Below, in pieces: positions 9,841-18,951 of a stretch of 64,000 bases of DNA. How positions within the stretch are numbered: position 1 is the stretch's first letter; the number at the start of each line of letters is the position of its first letter. Origin of the DNA: an uncultured Alphaproteobacteria bacterium (GTDB lineage: Bacteria > Pseudomonadota > Alphaproteobacteria > UBA11222); the NCBI GenBank assembly GCA_947258435.1, contig CAMYID010000022.1:268279-332278 (forward strand). The letters are read 5' to 3'. Under the pieces are notes generated by a model, which was given only the letters and a program-made list of their open reading frames with translations, searched no databases and was not told where the DNA came from. Position numbers and translations under genes: made by a program.

Positions 9841-10632
9841 ATGAGCCAGTCAGGACAGTCAGCATCGCAGGAATGGCCCGAGGGGTTGCAGGTGGCCATT
9901 ACCGGCGCGCGCGCCACGATCACCCTCAACCGGCCCGAGCGGCATAATTCCCTGTCGCAAGGGGATATGGTCGGGCTGACCGAGACATTGCAGACCCTTG
10001 AAAAGGATCCCGATCTCAGGGTGGTCGTCCTCACAGGGGCCGGGGAGAAAAGCTTTTGCTCGGGTGCCTTTCTCAATGAGCTTGAGGATCGCAAATTCAA
10101 GGGCAATCCGTTTGAGGACCTGACCGATACGCTGGAAAATTTCCGCCTGCCCACCATCTGCGCCTTCAATGGCAGCGTCTATGGGGGCGGTGCGGAAATC
10201 AGCCTGTGCTGCGACTTCCGCATCGGGGTCGAGGGGATGCGCATGTTCGTGCCGCCGGCAAAGCTTGGCATTCATTACCCTGAAAAGGGGCTGCGCCGCT
10301 TTGTCAGCCGCGTCGGGCTTGGCCCGGCCAAGCGCATTCTGCTGACGGTCGAGACATTCGATGATGCGGCGCTGTCGGGCATCGGCTTTCTCGATTATCT
10401 GGTGCCGCGCGCCGATCTTGCGGAACGCACCGACAAGCTTGTTGCCGATATCACCGGACTTGCACCCCTGTCGGTCCAGACCATGAAGCAGTCGCTTAAC
10501 GAAATCGCGCGCGAGCAGGTTGATTCGGATAAAATCAGGGAACGGATCGCCCTGTGCTGGAATTCCGAAGATCAGCGTGAGGCGGTGGCCGCACGCGCCC
10601 AGAAGCGCAACCCCGTCTACCATCAGCGCTGA
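9841..10632 (+). CDS. Enoyl-CoA hydratase/isomerase (crotonase) family protein
   Basis: ITLNRPERHNSL, LTGAGEKSFCSG, GSVYGGGAEI.L.CDFR and PPAKLGIHY. Confidence 0.92.
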   Translation: MSQSGQSASQEWPEGLQVAITGARATITLNRPERHNSLSQGDMVGLTETLQTLEKDPDLRVVVLTGAGEKSFCSGAFLNELEDRKFKGNPFEDLTDTLENFRLPTICAFNGSVYGGGAEISLCCDFRIGVEGMRMFVPPAKLGIHYPEKGLRRFVSRVGLGPAKRILLTVETFDDAALSGIGFLDYLVPRADLAERTDKLVADITGLAPLSVQTMKQSLNEIAREQVDSDKIRERIALCWNSEDQREAVAARAQKRNPVYHQR

Positions 10633-10652
10633 CAGACGCGGGACGCCGGGCA

Positions 10653-11474
10653 ATGAAACTTGGCATCACAATCCGGGTGATGGGGCCGCAATCGACCCGG
10701 CCACTGCTGCGCACCGTGGCCGAAACCGCGGAAACGGCGGGGCTCGCCTCGCTCTGGGTGGCCGATCATATCGCGATTCCGCCCGATGATGCGGAAGGTT
10801 CGGGCGGGCGCTATCTCGACCCGCTGACAAGTCTTGCCTATCTGGCCGGTGCGACGCGGCGGATCGCGCTTGGCACAGGCGTTCTGGTGCTGCCCTACCG
10901 GCCCCCACTGCCCACCGCCAAGGCCATTGCCACGCTTCAGGAGCTGTCGGATAACCGTTTGCTGCTGGGGGTGGGGATTGGCTGGATGGCGGCGGAATTC
11001 CGTGCGCTCGGTCGCGACCGGGGTCGTCGCGGTGCCGATAGCGATGCGATGCTCGAATTTCTGCATCGTTGTTTCGCGGCGGATGAGGTGACGCTCAATG
11101 GCCAGCCATTCCTGTTCAAACCCCGCCCGCCACGGCCCCCCATCTATATCGGGGGTCGTCCGCCGCATGCGCTTGAGCGGACATTGCGTTTCGGGGATGG
11201 CTGGTTTCCCATGCGCCAGCCGCCTGAAAAGCTCGCCCCCCCGATTGCCGATCTCAGGAGGCGGGCACAGGCGCTTGGCCGTGCGGCGCCTGAAATCGTC
11301 GCACTTGCCAGTTTGCCTCTGCATGACCGGGAGGCAGCATTTATGATGGCGCGGGATTATCGCGCGGCGGGCGTTACCCATCTTGTGCATGGCGCGCGCT
11401 ATGAAACCGGCGATGAATTTGCCACCCAGGCGGGTACGCTGGCGCAGTTGATCGCTAGGCTTGGCGAGGAATAA
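10653..11474 (+). CDS. Luciferase-like (LLM) oxidoreductase, probably F420-dependent (Rv2161c-like)
   Basis: SLWVADHIAIP, YLDPLTSLAYLAGAT.RI.LGTGVLVLPYR, LGVGIGW..AEF, P.PPIYIGG and GDGW. F420 dependence is inferred from family resemblance and the cof genes in this window. Confidence 0.85.
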   Translation: MKLGITIRVMGPQSTRPLLRTVAETAETAGLASLWVADHIAIPPDDAEGSGGRYLDPLTSLAYLAGATRRIALGTGVLVLPYRPPLPTAKAIATLQELSDNRLLLGVGIGWMAAEFRALGRDRGRRGADSDAMLEFLHRCFAADEVTLNGQPFLFKPRPPRPPIYIGGRPPHALERTLRFGDGWFPMRQPPEKLAPPIADLRRRAQALGRAAPEIVALASLPLHDREAAFMMARDYRAAGVTHLVHGARYETGDEFATQAGTLAQLIARLGEE

Positions 11475-11494
11475 ATAGCCGCCTGCCAAAAGCG

Positions 11495-12061
11495 CTAAAA
11501 ACGTTCTGACAGCTTGATCGCAATCCGGCAGCCGGTCTTGATCGCGGCGCTGAGCGGGCCATAGGCCGGCGCCGCTTCGGCACCGTTTGCCAGCGCGGTA
11601 TCGCGATGTGCGCATTCCTCGGCCCGGAATTCCGCGATGATGTCCGACAATTCCGGATCGTCTTTTCCAAGCGCTTTTTCCTGCGCGCTGTAATGGGTGT
11701 CGATCACCTCCTCCACCGCGGCGGTGCAGGCCATCGCCGCGTTTTTTCCCAGCAGGGCAGAGGCGACGCCAAGCCCGAAACCTGCCACATCCCAAAACGG
11801 ACGCAGGGCCGTGGGGCGGACATGGCGCGCGCGGACAAGTTCATCGAATTTATCAAGATGCGCGGTCTCGTGATCCGCCATCTCGCGGATCAGCGCAGCG
11901 GCTTCGCTGTCGCCGCGCGCGGATAACACGGCAAGCTGCCCCTGATAGATGCGATGGGCGGCAAGCTCGCCCGCATGGTCGACCCGGATCATGCGGGCGG
12001 TGCGGGTGGCAACATCCTCGCCGGGCAGTTCGGGGCGTTGTGTGTCAGTCGGTTCGTTCAT
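11495..12061 (-). CDS. coq7: Demethoxyubiquinone hydroxylase (Coq7, di-iron)
   Basis: RMIRVDHAGE, IY.GQ, EMADHE..HL, MACTAAVEEVI..HY and FRAEECAH iron ligands, plus AI..SERF end. Start moved to 12061. Confidence 0.93.
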   Translation of the reverse strand: MNEPTDTQRPELPGEDVATRTARMIRVDHAGELAAHRIYQGQLAVLSARGDSEAAALIREMADHETAHLDKFDELVRARHVRPTALRPFWDVAGFGLGVASALLGKNAAMACTAAVEEVIDTHYSAQEKALGKDDPELSDIIAEFRAEECAHRDTALANGAEAAPAYGPLSAAIKTGCRIAIKLSERF

Positions 12062-12074
12062 TCTGTCCCTCTCG

Positions 12075-12578
12075 CTATCTGTCCGGCAAGGCGCGGCGCC
12101 AGATCGCGGCAATGAAAACCGCAAGTGCTGCAGAGATCAGCATATTATAACCGGCGAGCGAGATGCCGAACAGGGACCAGGGAATTTCATCGCACATCAC
12201 AACCGGTGTTGCGAGCAGTTCGGCAAGCAGCGCGTCAACGGATTGTGCGCCGCTGCCGCCCGAGGTGCAGCCCTGCGGTCCAGGCCACCATTTCTGCTCG
12301 ACGCCCGCATGATAGGCGCCAAGCGCCGCGCTCACCGCAAAAGTGAGTATCAGCCCCGCAAGGCCGGGCCGGATCAGGGCGGGCCGTAAAAGGGTGGCAA
12401 CACCCAGGATAATCGCAAATGCAAAAGGCCATCGCTGATAATAGCAAAGCGTGCAGGGGCGCAACCCGCCAATATATTCAAAGCCATAGGCACCCAGCAG
12501 CATAGCGGCGCTGGCCGCGATCGCTATCCCCACGCCCGCCCGCGGGTCCGGAAGAAGGGTATTCAGGTCGGTCCGCAA
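12075..12578 (-). CDS. dsbB: Disulfide bond formation protein B family
   Basis: FEYIGGL.PC.LC.YQRWP, YHAGVE..WW.GP..C and PVVMCDEIPW.LFG.SLA.YN. TTG start. Confidence 0.9.
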   Translation of the reverse strand: MRTDLNTLLPDPRAGVGIAIAASAAMLLGAYGFEYIGGLRPCTLCYYQRWPFAFAIILGVATLLRPALIRPGLAGLILTFAVSAALGAYHAGVEQKWWPGPQGCTSGGSGAQSVDALLAELLATPVVMCDEIPWSLFGISLAGYNMLISAALAVFIAAIWRRALPDR

Positions 12579-12700
12579 ATTATGGCCTCTTGCTCTGGGT
12601 ATGATGTCTGCATGCTGCCGGACAGGTGGAACGGGGGGAACTATAGGCCGCCCGGGCCGGTTGCGACAGGGGCTGCGCCCCGATTCGCGGCCCGGCAGGT

Positions 12701-15094
12701 TCAGGATGCGCGGTTTGCAATCGCCCGGTCCTGCGCCGCGGCCTTCGGTATATTTTCATGCTGTCCGGGCGGTGCTTTTCCGGCCTGTTCGGTGACGGCG
12801 GGCAGATAGATTGTGATTTCCGTTCCCCGCCCCACTTCGCTTTCAATGCCGATATAGCCTTTGGACTGTTCGACAAAGCCGAATACCATGGCCATGCCAA
12901 GACCTGTGCCCTTGCCGGCTTCCTTGGTTGTGAAGAAGGGTTCGAATACGCGCTGCAACACCTCCTTGGACATGCCGATGCCCGTGTCGCTCAGGCTGAT
13001 GCGCAGATACTGGCCCGCCGGGACCCAGACACGGCTGCCGATATACGGAACGGTCAGATTGTAATTATCGATTACCAGGCTCAGATTGCCGCCACTGGGC
13101 ATCGCATCGCGCGCATTGATCGCCAGATTGAGCAGCACGTTTTCAAATTCCGCCGCATCCGCGAAGATCTGCCAGGGCGCGTCCGCGACCTGCATTTCAA
13201 ACTGAATTTCCGATCCCATCGTATGGCGCAGAATATCGGTGATGTGCGCGATCGATTCAGTAATATCGAGAATTGCCGGGCGATGCGCCCTGCGCCGTGA
13301 GAAGCTGAGCAGGCGCCCGGTCAGCTCCGCGCCGCGGTCGGCAGCGCGGCTTGCAGCCATGGCGCGGCGTTCAATTTCCTCATGCGCCCTGGCCGGCAAA
13401 TCAGGGCTATCGTTCAGGCAAGTTATCAGCAGATCGATATTGCCGGTGACGACCGACAGCAAATTGTTGAAGTCATGGGCGATACCGCCGGTGAGCTGCC
13501 CGATAGCTTCCATTTTCTGCGATTGGCGGAGCTGTTCCTCAACCGCATGGCGCCGTGTGGCATCGAAGAATGTCACCACTGCGCCCTCCACCTGACCCTT
13601 TCCCAAAATCGGGTTGGCGAGATATTCCACGATGAATTCGCTGCCATCTTCGCGGGTGAAAAACTCATTGCTCGATGAGGTGGCTGCCAGGCCCGATAGA
13701 TGGGTGGCGCAGATTTTACAGTCGCGATCCTTCTGATCATCGCCGCGCTGCCCGGTGCCCGCGCCATGGGCCAGCGCATGCATATCCGCCCCCAGCAACT
13801 CCACCGCATCGTCAAAGCCAAGGAACCGGGCGCAGGCGCGGTTGGCGAAGACGCATCGCCCGTCCCGGTCGACCCCGTAAATTCCTTCAGCCGTCGTATC
13901 GAGGATCAGGCGCAATTGTGCCTGACTTTCGCGGGCAACGATTTCCGCCTGGCGCCGTTCCTCGATTTCACGCTCAAGCTCTTCATTTGCGGTGGCAAGT
14001 TCAACTGTTGCGCGGGCGACCGCATCCTGCAGCGCCGCGCGATTGCGTGCTGCACGCTGATCGGACTGCCGGCGCAGGGTGACATCGCGGAAAATGCCCC
14101 GTGTGCGGGCCAACCTGTCACCCTCAAACAGGGCGCTGACATTGCCTTCCACCGGAATGGAGCGACCGTCTTTCGTCAGGAAAGTCGTTTCTACCGGGCC
14201 GACAGGTTCATTTTGCGCCAGCCGGTTCAGAAGCGCGCGGCAATGGGCATGCTCATCGGGGTGAACCGTATCGAGAAAATTCAGTGTCTCAAGTTCTTCC
14301 CGGCTGTAGCCCATTGCGTCATGCCAGGCCTTGTTGACAAAATCATAGCGGCCATCCGCGTTGATGCTTTGAATCATGTCGCCGACATTTTCGACAAGAT
14401 CGCGAAACCGTTCCTCGCTGAGCGACAGATCGGTGGCGGCCTGTTCACGTTCGCGCCGGATCTGGTCAAGCAGCACCGCATTTCGTCGCCGGTTGAAAAC
14501 GGATTCAAGGAAAATGCCGTAGATGACCCGCGTTATCCCGAGCAGGGTCAGCGCAAGGACCGCGCCCATTGCCGCCAGCGCAAAAAATGTGACACCCCCC
14601 TGCAGCAGGAAGAAGATGGTGACAGGGAGCAGGGTCGGAATGATATAGGCGGCCGCCACACGGGGGATCGGGCCAAGGCTCGACGCTGCACCGCTGGCCA
14701 TGCTGCAGATGATAATGGTGAGCGCCAATTGCTGGGTCGGGCCAAGGCCGGGCATGAACAGTGCAAGGCTGCCCCAGCCGATCCCCGCACTCAGCGCCCA
14801 GAAGAACGCATGGTTGAGCGCACGCCGGCCCGAATTTGCCGAGCTCATGCTGGCCACCACGATGCGCCTTTGCCGTAAAAACAGCACAAGCGACAGCAGA
14901 AGGCTGTAGCTCAGCCACAGGCCAAGCCATTGTTTGTCGGGTGCGAATTGCCAAAGCAGGATGGTGGTGAATATAGCGACGGCAATTGTTGCACCCGCAT
15001 TCACATTGGTCATGCGCGACAGAAAGGCGACCTGCTGCCGCTGAATTTCTGCCTTGTCTGCCTTTTCTGTTTTTTCCAGTGCCGCTTCCGGCAT
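12701..15094 (-). CDS. Membrane-bound PAS-PAS sensor histidine kinase (HisKA + HATPase_c, no receiver)
   Basis: About 5-6 N-terminal hydrophobic segments and two PAS domains. H-box QKMEAIGQLTGGIAHDFNN, N-box NLAINARDAM, DTGIGM, FEPFFTTK and GTGLGM. AGGGAG RBS. Confidence 0.93.
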   Translation of the reverse strand: MPEAALEKTEKADKAEIQRQQVAFLSRMTNVNAGATIAVAIFTTILLWQFAPDKQWLGLWLSYSLLLSLVLFLRQRRIVVASMSSANSGRRALNHAFFWALSAGIGWGSLALFMPGLGPTQQLALTIIICSMASGAASSLGPIPRVAAAYIIPTLLPVTIFFLLQGGVTFFALAAMGAVLALTLLGITRVIYGIFLESVFNRRRNAVLLDQIRREREQAATDLSLSEERFRDLVENVGDMIQSINADGRYDFVNKAWHDAMGYSREELETLNFLDTVHPDEHAHCRALLNRLAQNEPVGPVETTFLTKDGRSIPVEGNVSALFEGDRLARTRGIFRDVTLRRQSDQRAARNRAALQDAVARATVELATANEELEREIEERRQAEIVARESQAQLRLILDTTAEGIYGVDRDGRCVFANRACARFLGFDDAVELLGADMHALAHGAGTGQRGDDQKDRDCKICATHLSGLAATSSSNEFFTREDGSEFIVEYLANPILGKGQVEGAVVTFFDATRRHAVEEQLRQSQKMEAIGQLTGGIAHDFNNLLSVVTGNIDLLITCLNDSPDLPARAHEEIERRAMAASRAADRGAELTGRLLSFSRRRAHRPAILDITESIAHITDILRHTMGSEIQFEMQVADAPWQIFADAAEFENVLLNLAINARDAMPSGGNLSLVIDNYNLTVPYIGSRVWVPAGQYLRISLSDTGIGMSKEVLQRVFEPFFTTKEAGKGTGLGMAMVFGFVEQSKGYIGIESEVGRGTEITIYLPAVTEQAGKAPPGQHENIPKAAAQDRAIANRAS

Positions 15095-15276
15095 GGTCTG
15101 CTCCCTTTGGCGCGCTCACGCAGACGATTCCGGTTCCCGAACACATAGGCCGGGATGGTCACGCCTGCTGCGCGGCATGGATATACCCAAAGTATCAATG
15201 AGTGCTGCTACGGCGTAAAGCCTCTTGCAGGATCGTTTGTGCTGGATAGGGATGGGCGATGTTCTGGTGAAATCGT

Positions 15277-15858
15277 CTAAAACAATAGTTTAAAGATCAG
15301 AAAGCCACCCAACAGGGCAACGAAAAGCCCGAGTGTCAGCAGACCCAGATATTTGTCGATGAAGCTGCGGATCGGGGCACCGAATTTCCACAAAAGGGTC
15401 GCAACGATGTAAAAGCGCAAACCCCGCGACAGGAACGATGCGACCAGAAAGGTCAGCGGGTCGAGCTGTGTCATGCCGCTGGCGATCGTGATCACTTTAT
15501 AGGGAAACGGGGTCAGCCCCGCGCCGAATACGATCCAGGGACCATAGGTATTGTAATAGCCGGTAAAGTGAGAGAATTTTTCCTGATAGCCGTAGAATCC
15601 GACGATCGGCGCGGCCACCGATTCGTAAAGAAAATAGCCGATCCCATAGCCCGCGATCCCGCCCATTACCGAGGCAATGGTGCAGACCGCCGCAATGCGC
15701 CAGGCCCGGGTCGGGGCGGCAAGCACCATCGGAATCAGCAATACATCGGGTGGTATCGGGAAGAACGAGCTTTCGACAAATGCGATCACCGCAAGCGCCC
15801 ACATGGCGCCGGGGCGGTTTGCCATTTGAATTGTCCACTCATAGCTCGCGCGTAACAT
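15277..15858 (-). CDS. yqaA: YqaA/DedA family membrane protein
   Basis: FVESSFFPIPPD, SVMGG..GY.IG, GLTPFPYKVITIASG and SRGLRFY. Start moved to 15858. Confidence 0.9.
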   Translation of the reverse strand: MLRASYEWTIQMANRPGAMWALAVIAFVESSFFPIPPDVLLIPMVLAAPTRAWRIAAVCTIASVMGGIAGYGIGYFLYESVAAPIVGFYGYQEKFSHFTGYYNTYGPWIVFGAGLTPFPYKVITIASGMTQLDPLTFLVASFLSRGLRFYIVATLLWKFGAPIRSFIDKYLGLLTLGLFVALLGGFLIFKLLF

Positions 15859-16064
15859 GGCACACTGGTAGCAGTGCCAGGGGGGGCTGTCTATTTGCAT
15901 ATGCGGTCCGGGGCGCCTGGCTTGCCGGTCCGCGCTGATAGCTGTCCCCACAACGCGCGCGATCGATAAATTGCCTGATTGACCGCAGCGGCGGCTTGGC
16001 TATGATGCCGGCTCTGCCTATACACTGCGACGTGGCTGCCCCTGCGGCATGCCACCGATGCAAT

Positions 16065-16151
16065 GCCCCTGTGGTGGAATTGGTAGACACGCCAGACTCA
16101 AAATCTGGTTCTCGCAAGAGAGTGTCCGTTCGAGTCGGACCGGGGGCACCA
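16065..16151 (+). tRNA. tRNA-Leu(CAA)
   Basis: Acceptor GCCCCTG/CGGGGGC + ACCA, D-loop TGGTGGAATTGGTAGAC, anticodon arm CCAGA-CTCAAAA-TCTGG, long variable arm and T-loop GTTCGAGTC. Confidence 0.96.
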
Positions 16152-16206
16152 GGCATTGCCGCACTCCCAGGCAGTGCTGGCGGGCACCCGTCTGGCGCAT
16201 CGCATC

Positions 16207-16254
16207 GCGGCATGACTGTTCTTCGGTATGACGGTCTTGCGGCATGACGGTCCT
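16207..16254. repeat. Three degenerate 16-bp direct repeats downstream of the tRNA
   Basis: GCGGCATGACTGTTCT / TCGGTATGACGGTCTT / GCGGCATGACGGTCCT, with exact period 16. Confidence 0.8.
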
Positions 16255-16332
16255 GGGGAATGCGGGTTGGTTTTCCGGCAGTCCGCCCGCAGGCCACCGA
16301 CAAGCAGATTAGTGAAAGGTTGATTTGCACCC

Positions 16333-16971
16333 ATGCAGACATTGGAACAGCTCATCGCGCGCGCGCGCGCCTATCGCGCGGATAAATATCCCCAGCAACA
16401 GCCGCATTACCAGCGTCTGGTAAGCGAGGGGCAGTCGCCGAAAATTCTGATGATCGCCTGTTCGGACAGCCGGGTGGATCCAACCATCATCTTTGGTGCG
16501 GAACCCGGGGAGATCTTTCTTGTGCGCAATGTGGCAAGTCTTGTACCTCCGTTTCAGCCCGACAGGACCTGCCACGGGACAAGCGCGGCGCTCGAATTCG
16601 GGGTCACAAGCCTTGGGGTTGAGCATATTATCGTGTTGGGCCACGGCTTTTGCGGCGGCGTTGCCGCGTTGCTGCGCGGCGCCGACAAGGATCAGGCGGG
16701 CAGCGATTTTATCGGGCCCTGGTTGTCATCCGCTGCCGCTGTTCGTGACCGGTTGCTGGCTCAGTCCCCCGATCTGCCGCCGCAGGAAGCCGAACGGCAA
16801 CTGGAATATGCGACCGTGCGCCAGTCGGTTGAAAATCTGCGCAGCTTTCCCTGGATTGCGGAGCGGGTGGAAAAAGGCGCGCTGGCGCTGCATGGCTGGC
16901 ATTTCGATATCTCAAAGGGCGCATTGCTCGATGTCGGTAAATCCGGCGATCCTGAGCTGATCGCCGGCTGA
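16333..16971 (+). CDS. Beta-class carbonic anhydrase
   Basis: Zn ligands in IACSDSRV and LGHGFCGG, plus PGEIFLVRNVA and GWHFDI. Confidence 0.95.
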   Translation: MQTLEQLIARARAYRADKYPQQQPHYQRLVSEGQSPKILMIACSDSRVDPTIIFGAEPGEIFLVRNVASLVPPFQPDRTCHGTSAALEFGVTSLGVEHIIVLGHGFCGGVAALLRGADKDQAGSDFIGPWLSSAAAVRDRLLAQSPDLPPQEAERQLEYATVRQSVENLRSFPWIAERVEKGALALHGWHFDISKGALLDVGKSGDPELIAG

Positions 16972-17029
16972 TTTGTCCACCTGTCGGCTGGTCGGTACTT
17001 GTCTGTTTACTGCGCTGTATCCGCTCCGG

Positions 17030-17058
17030 CGGTCACCTTTCTGTCATCGGTTTGTCGC
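17030..17058 (+). promoter_or_regulatory. Putative Pho box (PhoB site) upstream of olsB
   Basis: CGGTCAC-CTTT-CTGTCAT-CGGT-TTGTCGC: three 7-mers at 11-bp period. The central one is a perfect CTGTCAT. Confidence 0.72.
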
Positions 17059-17135
17059 GGAAACCACATCTGTATCCCATAGGTTTGCCTTCGTCTTAGC
17101 ACTTACCAAACAGACGAAAATCGGGCGGAAAGCTT

Positions 17136-17933
17136 ATGGTCAGTCGGATCCCGCCACAGCGTTTCGAGGTACGCCTCGCGCGGAACAAGGCGGAAGTGCA
17201 GGCAGCCCAGCGCCTGCGTTATCAGATTTTCTACGAGGAAATGGGGGCACAGGCACCGCCGGAGACGGCGGCAACAGCGCGCGATTGCGATCTGTTTGAT
17301 TCGCTGTGCGATCATTTGCTTGTCATCGATCATTGCGCGCGTGGCGCGCAGACACCGGCTGTTGTCGGAACATACCGGCTGACGCGGCGATCGCGTCTGC
17401 CCCGGGGTCAGGAGTTTTACACTGAATCCGAATTCGATCTGGGCAATCTCAAACAGATTTCCGGCGAGATTGTCGAGCTTGGCCGTTCCTGCGTGCATCT
17501 GGAATATCGCAACCGGGCGATCCTCGACATGCTGTGGCGCGGGCTTGGCGAATATATCGCGGCCTATGACATTCGGCTGATGTTCGGTTGCGCAAGCTTT
17601 CCGGGCACCGACCCCGATGCGGTGGCCGAGGCGCTGGCCTTTCTGGATGCCCATTGCCTGGCACCCGAAACGCTGCGGCCACGGGCAAGGCACGGGCAAT
17701 ATATCTCGATGCGGCGACTGGGCGACATGTTGCCCGACCGGCGGCGCGCATTGCGGCAGATGCCACCGCTTATTCGCGGTTATCTCAGCGCGGGCTGCCA
17801 TGTCGGTGACGGGGCGGTCATCGATATGCAGTTCAACACCACCGACATCTGCGTCATGATCGAGACCGAAAATCTGAGCGACAGCTATGCCCGCCGCTAT
17901 CAACCCGGCGCCCTGATGGCGAATGCTGCATGA
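17136..17933 (+). CDS. olsB: Ornithine N-acyltransferase (GNAT, ornithine lipid step 1)
   Basis: AQRLRYQIFYEE, D.FD..CDHLLVID, VVGTYRL, FYTESEFD, ELGRSCV, FGCASFPGTDP, PPLIRGYL.AG and AVID..FNTTD. Confidence 0.9.
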   Translation: MVSRIPPQRFEVRLARNKAEVQAAQRLRYQIFYEEMGAQAPPETAATARDCDLFDSLCDHLLVIDHCARGAQTPAVVGTYRLTRRSRLPRGQEFYTESEFDLGNLKQISGEIVELGRSCVHLEYRNRAILDMLWRGLGEYIAAYDIRLMFGCASFPGTDPDAVAEALAFLDAHCLAPETLRPRARHGQYISMRRLGDMLPDRRRALRQMPPLIRGYLSAGCHVGDGAVIDMQFNTTDICVMIETENLSDSYARRYQPGALMANAA

Positions 17934-18772
17934 ACAAACCGATCGGCGCTGCCCGCGCCTTTATGCGCCTGTTGCTGTTCTTTCTGCTGACCCTGTTATC
18001 GATGGCGCTTTTCCGGCTTAGCGGTCTGGGGCGTGCACAGGGGTCGCGCAGGGTTGCAAAATTCTGGTTTACCGCTTGCAACCGGGTGATCGGAATGCGT
18101 TTGCACCGCACCGGTCTGCCGGTTCGCGGCGGGCCGGTACTGTATCTTGCCAATCATATCTCCTATCTGGATATCTTGTTGCTGGGGCAGCATCTCGATG
18201 CGACATTCGTTGCCAAATCCGAGGTGCGGGACTGGCCCCTGTTCGGCACGATTGCCGAGCTGGGCGGCACATTATTCGTCAGCCGGCGCGCGGCAAGTGC
18301 GCGCGGGGAAGCCGCGCTGATCCGCAGCCGGCTTGTGTCGGGCGGGCGGGTCATCCTGTTCCCCGAAGGTACAAGCAGTGACGGCACCGATGTGCTGCCT
18401 TTCAAATCCGCTTTGCTTGGTCTGGCGCAGGATGTGCCCGGTTTGCGTATTCAGCCCGTGACCATTGCCTATCCCTATCGGGACCGGTCAGGCATCGACA
18501 AGCGACCCGCCTGGTATGGTGATATGTCGCTTCTGCCGCATCTGTGGCAATTACTGCACTGGCAAAGCGGTCAGGCGCATTTGCGGTTTCATCCACCCTT
18601 GCAGCTCGATCAGCGTCAGATCGACCGTAAACGTCTGGCGGCGGCCTGTCAGACACAGATCCGCCAGGGGCTGCACCAGCTCAGCGCCCTGCCTGCGGCG
18701 ATACAGGTTGAGCCGGACGGATGCGACGGTCTCGCCTGGCCTGAGACAGCCTTTGAGCGGGCAGCGGACTGA
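17930..18772 (+). CDS. olsA: Lyso-ornithine lipid O-acyltransferase (PlsC-like)
   Basis: ANHISYLDI (HX4D), FVAKSEV..WP.FG and LFPEGTSS. Overlaps the olsB stop. Confidence 0.85.
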   Translation: MNKPIGAARAFMRLLLFFLLTLLSMALFRLSGLGRAQGSRRVAKFWFTACNRVIGMRLHRTGLPVRGGPVLYLANHISYLDILLLGQHLDATFVAKSEVRDWPLFGTIAELGGTLFVSRRAASARGEAALIRSRLVSGGRVILFPEGTSSDGTDVLPFKSALLGLAQDVPGLRIQPVTIAYPYRDRSGIDKRPAWYGDMSLLPHLWQLLHWQSGQAHLRFHPPLQLDQRQIDRKRLAAACQTQIRQGLHQLSALPAAIQVEPDGCDGLAWPETAFERAAD

Positions 18773-18817
18773 GGGCAAATAACTGTCCTGATTATCTGCC
18801 GTCCCGACAGGCACTGT

Positions 18818-18867
18818 CGCCTAAATATTAGGCGTCATAAAATTTTTACATGCACATAAAATAGGCA
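18818..18867. promoter_or_regulatory. Putative tandem NtrC-type enhancer sites
   Basis: Inverted repeat CGCCTAA-ATA-TTAGGCG (CGCC-N9-GGCG) at 18818-18834 and TGCACATAAAATAGGCA at 18851-18867, about 90-140 bp upstream of a sigma54 motif. Confidence 0.6.
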
Positions 18868-18951
18868 TATCTGCCATCCTGCGTCGATTTTCCGGGATGG
18901 GGAGGCGCAGGGTTAATTCACTACCGCGCCGCACAACGCTTTTGTGCCGGT

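Noticed and set aside
16065-16332. tRNA-Leu as an integration site for a genomic island or prophage
   Set aside because: No integrase, no duplicated tRNA 3' end seen elsewhere in the window, and the flanks are ordinary chromosomal genes.
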